Shown here: piece by piece, positions 17,198 through 23,593 of the stretch | Position numbering within the stretch: the first letter of the stretch is position 1 | Layout: every line of letters begins with the position of its first letter | Source of the DNA: Candidatus Bathyarchaeia archaeon | Lineage (GTDB): Archaea > Thermoproteota > Bathyarchaeia > Bathyarchaeales > Bathycorpusculaceae | Reading direction: 5' to 3' | Assembly (NCBI GenBank): GCA_050010515.1 | Contig: JBEKKX010000037.1 | Span: 1-23,593, forward strand | DNA: 23,593 bases | Position numbers and translations under genes: made by a program | Notes under the pieces: generated by a model | What the model was told of the DNA's origin: nothing | The model's input: only the letters and a program-made list of their open reading frames with translations | The model's database searches: none

Positions 17198-17536
17198 ATG
17201 AGAGATGAAAGTGACAAAACAATATGGGGTCACGTAGAAAAACTTGGCAAAGGCACCCGAGCAAACTATGACCCTGACAAAAAAACCATTACCTTCTGCT
17301 TCAAGAGAGACCCGCAAACATCAAGTGAACAACTAAGAAAACTACGCGAACTCCTCATGAACGAACTAAAAGAACTAGGCTATACCAGTCGTATGAAATA
17401 CAACGGAGAAGTAATTGCAGACAATATAGAAAAAGAAGATGTAACGCTTGTCAAGAAAAACCACCAACTCATAATTCACCTAAATAAGAAGCCATCCGAA
17501 GACAAAGAAAAGGATGTTTCCAAAGAGCCAACTTAG
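17198..17536 (+). CDS. Hypothetical protein, 112 aa
   Basis: ATG 12 nt after the aIF2-alpha stop, with an AGGTGG SD; charged, soluble composition. Confidence 0.75.
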   Translation: MRDESDKTIWGHVEKLGKGTRANYDPDKKTITFCFKRDPQTSSEQLRKLRELLMNELKELGYTSRMKYNGEVIADNIEKEDVTLVKKNHQLIIHLNKKPSEDKEKDVSKEPT

Positions 17537-17623
17537 TTTTTCCTCGAGCACCCGCTCCACTTGATAGTTACTAACTAAGCCGTGCGCTATATTTTGGTCA
17601 TTTATACGCGTCTGTGCAGATAG

Positions 17624-17851
17624 TTACATTCTGTTGAAGTATTCCATCGGGGCATACCAATAGACTGTAAGTGGTTTTTTGCACTCTGGATTTTTACAGA
17701 CAATTTTTTGTTCGATGACGTCACCATAAGCACTGCTCAGTTGAGGTTTTTCAAGTGAAAATTCAGAATGCCATCTGTCGCTTTCAGGCGGTTCAGGTAC
17801 AAATATTGAACTACAATAAGGGCATTTGAGGACGAACTGAGCTTCAGTCAT
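17624..17851 (-). CDS. Small zinc-finger protein (CPxC ... CxNPxC), 75 aa
   Basis: CPYC and CKNPEC; GGTGGAGGGGGAG upstream of ATG 17851; paralog of 10432-10632. Confidence 0.82.
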   Translation of the reverse strand: MTEAQFVLKCPYCSSIFVPEPPESDRWHSEFSLEKPQLSSAYGDVIEQKIVCKNPECKKPLTVYWYAPMEYFNRM

Positions 17852-18438
17852 AACTCCCCCTCCACCTATTATTGCGCTATTCTGCGGTAAAAATTTTGCG
17901 ATTTTAACAGATGCTACGAGGATGTCCACTAGTTTTTGATGAAGTATAGTTTAGAATTTTTCTCGCCGAATTGATTGCTTGAAGTCGCTAACTATTATGC
18001 TGAGTTACGATCCTTAGTTGAATGAAGCTTTTAACATGGGACTCGCGTGATTTGGCAGTTCTCAACTTCTTTGTTCTTTCCAATCCAGACCGAATTAGTT
18101 TTCGAAGCAATCAGTTAACGAAAAGAATAAGAAACACGTATTTTTCAACAATTTCTTCTTCTATCCAAGATTTCCCTAGCCATGCTAACTGCCCTCTTTA
18201 AACTTGTACTTAGAATAGTCAACGCAATAGTCATAACTAAGCCCCAGCAAAAAGTTTTGAATATAAAATCTGGTTTTTGAATTCACGTCGGCCAAAGACT
18301 ACCGCTATTCATCCTCGTTACCCTTTTTGAGGAGAGCCGACCGAGAACCCAAGCCTAACGCATGCTTAATATGCAGCTTTTTTGTAATGGCTAAATATGT
18401 TTAGAAGAGTTTCATTAACAGTCAACGGTGAACCATAA

Positions 18439-19446
18439 CTGTTAACCATAACTCAGCTTAGGAAGCATGAAGAAGGAAGATGGCAGTCTGATACGTTGGA
18501 GTCTTTCCCTGAGAAGATCAGCGAAGATTCCGTGTTGTGGGTCGATGTTGAGGATCCCTCGGATGCCGAAATCAAAGCGATAGCGCAGCATTTTGAGTTA
18601 GATGAATTAAGGCTGAAGGAACTGACTGAGGAAGGTCAGCGGTCAAAGATTGAGGAGCAAGAGGACCGCATATCTTGCGTTCTTAATTTTCCTAAAAGGG
18701 AGGGCTTTGTTTCCGACGTAAAAATGGAAAGCCTCTCGTTGCTGGTGGGGAAAAGGTGGATTATCACAGTTCACAAGGGCTATTCAGATATAACATGTGC
18801 CGTTTACAAAAAAATCAGTACACATGGCTATTTCGCGCTTTCACTTTCGCCTTCCACAGATATTCTTTTGTATATATTCTTGGATTTAACCACGAATGAG
18901 TTCTTTCTGATTTCTGACTTAGTGCATGAAAGATTACAGAATTTGACCAAACAAGCAGGAGCCCTCTTTAGGGAAAGGCCAAGACGATCGGAAACAAGCT
19001 TTGGATTAGAAATTTCTAAGTCAAGGGACCAAGTGCTGGTCATGAGACAATCCATAGGTCCCATGCGTGAAATAGTGGGAAAAATAGCGCGAGGCGAGTT
19101 TGCTCTAGTTTCCAGCGCTACAATGTCCCGCTTTGAGGACCTATACGATAGGACGATCTCGTTGATTGAAGTAGTAGACAACCATCGGGAACAAATCAGC
19201 GATATAACCGACATCTTGATTAATGTTCAAACGTTAACCACCAACAACATAATCAGAATCCTCACCATTATCTCTGCAATTTTTCTTCCCTTGGCCTTGA
19301 TTGCTGAAATATACGGAACCAACTTCGGAAAAGGGTTCCTTATACCTGGCAGCAGTAGCTCTTTAGGCTTCTACGTCATGGACGCGATAATGATTGGCGT
19401 AGCGGTGACCCTCATAGTAATTTTCAGAAGAAGAGGCTGGTTATGA
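18439..19446 (+). CDS. corA: CorA-family divalent cation transporter (GTN variant); start inferred at CTG 18439, ORF track gives TTG 18496
   Basis: LWVDVEDP, RSKIE, IITVH, FEDLYD, NNIIRILTIISAIFLP...IYGTNF and a C-terminal RRRGWL. Confidence 0.88.
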   Translation: MLTITQLRKHEEGRWQSDTLESFPEKISEDSVLWVDVEDPSDAEIKAIAQHFELDELRLKELTEEGQRSKIEEQEDRISCVLNFPKREGFVSDVKMESLSLLVGKRWIITVHKGYSDITCAVYKKISTHGYFALSLSPSTDILLYIFLDLTTNEFFLISDLVHERLQNLTKQAGALFRERPRRSETSFGLEISKSRDQVLVMRQSIGPMREIVGKIARGEFALVSSATMSRFEDLYDRTISLIEVVDNHREQISDITDILINVQTLTTNNIIRILTIISAIFLPLALIAEIYGTNFGKGFLIPGSSSSLGFYVMDAIMIGVAVTLIVIFRRRGWL

Positions 19447-19648
19447 AGGATAACGCTGGGCCTCAAAATCCAACGACCTCCTAGAATTTTTTCTTTACCT
19501 TTCGGGTTCAACAAGAGAAATGGACACGACAGAACCTAAGCAGAGCAATAGTATTTCAACGAGTATACCGTTAATGGGTCAACTCTCCTGCTGCTAAAGT
19601 TCAAAAATCAGAAAAAGAATGTTTCTGTCTAAGTCTTGAAAGTTGCTT

Positions 19649-20074
19649 TCATATTCTGACTAGAATTTTATTTCCTTCCACTTTAACTTCATGTGTTTGC
19701 ATGTCGAAGGTTTTTACGGGATCCACAAGTTTTTTTGCGTAGATCAAGAATTTCTGCATTTCTTCAGGAAGTTTATCCATGTCTTTGAAGCTTTCTGACA
19801 CGGGATCTTTTACTTTCTGTCCCGTAGTAACGTCAAACTGACCATAATGAAACGGGCAAGTAACGATTTTCCCGTTCAGGGTTCCCATCGAAAGCAGAGC
19901 GTTCATGTGTCCGCATCTGTCGTCTAAACCGTAGAATCGTCCATCCACATTAGCTATTAAGATATCAATCCCTTTCAGCTCCACGCTTCTCATAACGCCT
20001 TTTTCTAAATCGCTGACTTTAGCAGCTTCTAAGAATTCGCCTTCATCCTTCATAATCTGTTTCACTCTCACCAT
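19649..20074 (-). CDS. Rieske [2Fe-2S] ferredoxin
   Basis: CGH and CPFH motifs, FDVTTG; GGAGGTGA SD upstream. Confidence 0.92.
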   Translation of the reverse strand: MVRVKQIMKDEGEFLEAAKVSDLEKGVMRSVELKGIDILIANVDGRFYGLDDRCGHMNALLSMGTLNGKIVTCPFHYGQFDVTTGQKVKDPVSESFKDMDKLPEEMQKFLIYAKKLVDPVKTFDMQTHEVKVEGNKILVRI

Positions 20075-20219
20075 TCCAATTCACCTCCCAAATCCTCTCA
20101 CTCACTTTCCGGGTCGAACAATTCTGTATGCTAGCTCTGACTGAGATATTCCCTGAGATATCCACCTATCGAATCTAAAAAATCGAAGGCTATTGCCAGA
20201 TGAATCGGCAACCTGTTGA

Positions 20220-20609
20220 TTATTTCTTGCTACCAAGAGTGCTTGCATGTTGGATTTTACTTTCAAGTCCTCTTACCCGTGTATTTATGATCTCGAGAAT
20301 TCTTCTTCTCAAGGGCTCCCCAGTGAGTTCTTTCTCAATGTGCCCGATTGCTGTTGCCAATTCAGTGTCTCCAATAGTGTCTGCTATCCACTTTTGAAAG
20401 TCAGCTCTTTTGAAATGAAAATCAATTGACTCAATTGGTATGACTTCAACTACTCGGGCGAAGGTTGCCAAACTAACAGCGGTTTCCCCCGTGTATTGGC
20501 CTATTGATTCGAAAAAATGGAAGCCATTATCATATGGCACCGTTGCTAAAATCTTTTCGGCGGTTGATTTCGTAATAACCGACTTGTTTAGATTGAGAGG
20601 TTTTGTCAT
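20220..20609 (-). CDS. DUF5752-family protein
   Basis: FHFFESIGQYTGETAVSL, ESIDFHFKRADFQKWI..TIGD.ELA. The start is placed at ATG 20609. Confidence 0.8.
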   Translation of the reverse strand: MTKPLNLNKSVITKSTAEKILATVPYDNGFHFFESIGQYTGETAVSLATFARVVEVIPIESIDFHFKRADFQKWIADTIGDTELATAIGHIEKELTGEPLRRRILEIINTRVRGLESKIQHASTLGSKK

Positions 20610-20740
20610 ATCTAAAACTGTCCAGAAAACATAACAAAGGAAAAGTATAATTCGCCACATTTAACTATTTGTAGCACGAGGTCCGAGAGACAAATGCTAA
20701 GGCCCCAATACTTAAATTCCAGCAAAAGAAGGAGGATTAA

Positions 20741-21562
20741 ATTTCTCTGAAAGAGCTTGATAACATTAAGCTTCTACATGAACACATACAGACCCTAACG
20801 CAACTGGGGCTATCGCATAGGCAGGCAAAAATTTACCTTGCTCTTTTAATCTCCGGAATGTCAACTGCCAAAACGATCTCGCAAGTGTCAAAGGTTCCAC
20901 GTCAAGATGTCTACACAGTTATGCCCATTCTTGAAAAAATGGGTTTATGTGAGAAAGCCATAACCAAGCCAGTTATGTTCAGGGCCACCTCCATACAAAA
21001 AAGTCTAGAATTATTGATGCAACGTGAAACTGCAGAATACGATGAAATACAGATAAGAACAAAAAATCTACTTCAGGATCTTAGCCATTACTGCAGAGAA
21101 ACCGCGTACCAAGAAGAGAAGGCTCAATTCCTTTTGTTATCCGAAAGGCAAGCGCGTGTTCTTAGAATAGAAGAAGCCGTCAATAATGCGGCAGCTGTTG
21201 TAGATTCATTCACAACGCCCGAGATTTTCAAACAGGTGATTGTTTCAAGTGAAGAAGTTCTAAAGAAAACAATGGGAAGAGGTGTCAAGTTCCGATTCCT
21301 TATGGAAAACCCAAAAGACAAAGAGTTGCGTCTGGAGATCCCTCAGGCTCTTCTTGTGAACCCGTGTTTTGAGATACGTTACACTACGCCACCCATTCCA
21401 GCCGCGGCGGTTCTAATTGACAAGAAAGAAATATTCTTTGGAACAGCTATCGATTTTCAAAGAGCCACGTATTTGTGGTCAGACAATGCCTATTTCGTCG
21501 GCATAATTCAAAATCATTTTAAGCTGATTTGGAATTCGGCCTCGAAAGTTGAAAACAAGTAA
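20741..21562 (+). CDS. TrmB-family transcriptional regulator; start inferred at ATT 20741 or CTG 20747, ORF track gives ATG 20858
   Basis: The in-frame upstream extension LTQLGLSHRQAKIYLALLISG completes the TrmB HTH (TAKTISQVSKVPRQDVY). C-terminal RGVKFR, IDKKEI and F..IW. Confidence 0.88.
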   Translation: MSLKELDNIKLLHEHIQTLTQLGLSHRQAKIYLALLISGMSTAKTISQVSKVPRQDVYTVMPILEKMGLCEKAITKPVMFRATSIQKSLELLMQRETAEYDEIQIRTKNLLQDLSHYCRETAYQEEKAQFLLLSERQARVLRIEEAVNNAAAVVDSFTTPEIFKQVIVSSEEVLKKTMGRGVKFRFLMENPKDKELRLEIPQALLVNPCFEIRYTTPPIPAAAVLIDKKEIFFGTAIDFQRATYLWSDNAYFVGIIQNHFKLIWNSASKVENK

Positions 21563-21640
21563 TATTAGACAAATTCAGAGTGCGACCATTAGCAAAATCG
21601 ATGGAGTGTTTCGCGCAGCGCATATTTTGAGAGGAGCAAA

Positions 21641-21683
21641 TTTATAAGTATATATCGATATTTCGATATCGGTAATTCGATAT
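21641..21683 (+). promoter_or_regulatory. TATA box plus two overlapping ATATCG-N6-CGATAT palindromes, probable PadR operator
   Basis: TTTATAAG at 21641-21648; palindromes at 21652-21669 and 21666-21683. Confidence 0.75.
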
Positions 21684-22104
21684 GTGGTTTGATTGGATGA
21701 AACACAAGCACCGCGGCCTTCACGGCTGGGTTTTATATGCGTTAGAAATTTCACCGAAAAACGGCGCCGAAATAATGGACGCCATGGAAAACATGAGTCA
21801 AGGCTGGTGGAGACCGTCGCCAGGCTCCGTATATCCTCTGCTTGACACAATGACCAAAGAGGGTTCGATAAAAAAGAGAGAAGACGGCAAGTACGAGTTA
21901 ACCGAGCAGGGAAAAGAGGAAATAGCTTGGCCTTCCAGAATGAGGTCAAACCTCCCGCGCACACTAGACGATGTCCTAAACGAAATGAGCAGCTTCGTTT
22001 CATACTTTGAAGACCTCGCAAAATCCGACCCTTCCAAACTCTCTCCTCATATAGAAAAAATCAAGGAAATCCAGTCAAGACTCTCCAAAATAACCAACAC
22101 ATAA
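21682..22104 (+). CDS. PadR-family transcriptional regulator
   Basis: RGL...VLYAL...PKNGAEIM, WRPSPGSVYPLL and YELTEQG. Confidence 0.93.
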   Translation: MWFDWMKHKHRGLHGWVLYALEISPKNGAEIMDAMENMSQGWWRPSPGSVYPLLDTMTKEGSIKKREDGKYELTEQGKEEIAWPSRMRSNLPRTLDDVLNEMSSFVSYFEDLAKSDPSKLSPHIEKIKEIQSRLSKITNT

Positions 22105-22141
22105 CAAACCCGTTTAAAAAAAAGAATTAGGAGAAAACAAA

Positions 22142-23167
22142 ATGTCGACAAACAAAATTGAAACGTCAACTTCAGACATAATCACAGTGGAAAACCTTTC
22201 AAAAACCTTCGGAAACCTCAAGGCAGTTGATAACGTAAGCTTCAACATCAAAGAAGGAGAAATCTTCGGTTTTCTCGGGCCCAATGGCGCCGGCAAAACC
22301 ACCACCATCAACATGCTAACAACCCTCCTGAAGCCCACATCTGGAAAAGCCATGGTCTGCGGATTCAGCATATTCAAAGACCCAAACGAAGTGCGAAGAA
22401 ACGTTGGAGTCGTCCCACAGGAATACACGGCAGACGAAGACATGACAGGAATCAACAACATCATTCTCTGCGCAGACCTTTACGGAATCCCCAGAAGCGA
22501 TTCGAAGCAACACGCAAAAGAACTTCTAAAACTTGTCGAGCTTGAAGACGCAGCGAACAAGAAAGTCTCCACTTACTCGGGAGGAATGCGAAGGCGCCTA
22601 GAACTCGCCTGCGGCCTGATCAACTACCCGAAACTGCTTTTCCTCGACGAACCCACGCTCGGCCTTGACGTTCAAACGCGAACTGCAGTTTGGAAATACA
22701 TCAAGACACTGAAGGAAGAATACCGCATGACACTGTTCCTCACCACCCACTACCTTGAAGAAGCCGATTCTCTTTGCGAAAGAGTGGCCATAATAGATCA
22801 CGGCCACATAGTAAAGATCGGATCGCCCGAAGAACTCAAACAAAGCGTAGGCGGAGACGTCATCGTCGTCGACGTAAAAGAAAACGAGCCAGACATATCA
22901 TCCGACATAGCCAAAATCCAACTCGTCAAGGAAGTCAAGAAGCAAGACACCAATTATAGGATCAAGGTGAACGACGGGGAAGAAGCATCTCCCCAGATAA
23001 CCGACCTGATCCGATCCAAGGGACTGCACGTCACCAGAATCTCTCTGACAAAGCCCACATTAGACGAAGCCTACCTCGAATTAACAGGCCGTAACCTCAG
23101 AGAGGAAGAAGTCGACAAGCTGCAGATGTTCCGTCAACGGGTAACTATGAGGAGAGCGAGATCCTGA
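22142..23167 (+). CDS. ABC exporter ATP-binding subunit (DrrA-like)
   Basis: Walker A GPNGAGKTT, signature YSGGM, LFLDEPT, TTHY and a C-terminal PTLDEAYL.LTG. Confidence 0.95.
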   Translation: MSTNKIETSTSDIITVENLSKTFGNLKAVDNVSFNIKEGEIFGFLGPNGAGKTTTINMLTTLLKPTSGKAMVCGFSIFKDPNEVRRNVGVVPQEYTADEDMTGINNIILCADLYGIPRSDSKQHAKELLKLVELEDAANKKVSTYSGGMRRRLELACGLINYPKLLFLDEPTLGLDVQTRTAVWKYIKTLKEEYRMTLFLTTHYLEEADSLCERVAIIDHGHIVKIGSPEELKQSVGGDVIVVDVKENEPDISSDIAKIQLVKEVKKQDTNYRIKVNDGEEASPQITDLIRSKGLHVTRISLTKPTLDEAYLELTGRNLREEEVDKLQMFRQRVTMRRARS

Positions 23168-23177
23168 GGTGGCAATC

Positions 23178-23593
23178 ATGGACAAAGACACGATAAACAC
23201 CAAAATCAAAGCTTCAAAAGACCCCGAAGACCAAACCAAAATGCCCGAACAGGTTGACGCCGAGCAGGAACGAAGGTTCAGGGAAGCTCCAAAGCTCAGC
23301 AGGAGTCCCTTTCACGGTTTATGGGCGCTGACAAACAGAGACCTTCGAAAGTGGTACACTAACCCAATACAACTCTTTGTGTCACTAATTCAACCAATTA
23401 TCTGGCTTGGCTTGTTCGGCAAAGCCCTGAACTTTGGGTCCTTCATCGCCGGCTCAGGAGCCTCCATAGCGCAACAGGACATAATTTTGAAGAGCTTTTT
23501 CGGAACAACAAGCTACTTCTCATTCTTGTCATGCGGAATGCTTGCTTTCATCGTCCTCTTCACTTCCGCGTTCAGCGGAATGTCAGTAGTCTT
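23178..23593 (+). CDS. ABC-2 type permease (DrrB-like), truncated by the window end
   Basis: ATG 23178 after GAGGTGG; ...LTNRDLRKWYTNPIQLFVSLIQPIIWLGLFG...YFSFLSCGMLAFIVLFTSAFSGMSVV, open to the edge. Confidence 0.9.
   Translation, partial: MDKDTINTKIKASKDPEDQTKMPEQVDAEQERRFREAPKLSRSPFHGLWALTNRDLRKWYTNPIQLFVSLIQPIIWLGLFGKALNFGSFIAGSGASIAQQDIILKSFFGTTSYFSFLSCGMLAFIVLFTSAFSGMSVV

Noticed and set aside
16756-17317. 153-aa and 158-aa minus-strand ORFs
   Set aside because: Antisense to aIF2-alpha and its downstream gene.
20141-20161. CTGAGATAT direct repeat upstream of the Rieske gene
   Set aside because: Only 9 bp and two copies, within chance expectation.
21575-22959. Several short ORFs overlapping the PadR and ABC ATPase genes
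   Set aside because: Antisense or off-frame to well-supported genes, with no motifs.

Overview
Archaeal chromosomal window, most consistent with Bathyarchaeia. This is an inference from aIF2-alpha, DUF5752, a TrmB-type regulator, archaeal TATA/GGTGA signals and CCA-encoding tRNAs. In order it holds: the right end of an IS481-type element; a three-gene lipid-linked sugar / protein O-mannosylation-like cluster (GT-C, PMT/GT39, GT2) divergent from a secreted G1 glutamic peptidase; divergent tRNA-Thr(GGT) and tRNA-Leu(TAG); an RHH protein and Hsp20; a radical SAM/SPASM + GT2 pair; an RNase HII-like protein; MFS, CBS and CPBP protease genes; an aIF2-alpha outside its usual operon; CorA, Rieske ferredoxin, DUF5752 and TrmB; and a PadR-ABC exporter operon that runs off the end. 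The best leads are: (1) an unannotated ~224-nt highly structured RNA candidate at 10849-11072 (-) with its own TATA box, a nested closing stem and two near-identical 12-nt loops; (2) an out-of-context aIF2-alpha with a eukaryote-like Arg in the Ser51 loop; (3) several genes that appear to need non-canonical (CTG/ATT/GTT) starts; (4) an A_AAA_AAG slippery site that could fuse the GT-C and PMT genes; (5) two paralogous small Zn-finger proteins and two unannotated microproteins. All calls were made by eye; no searches or folding programs were run.
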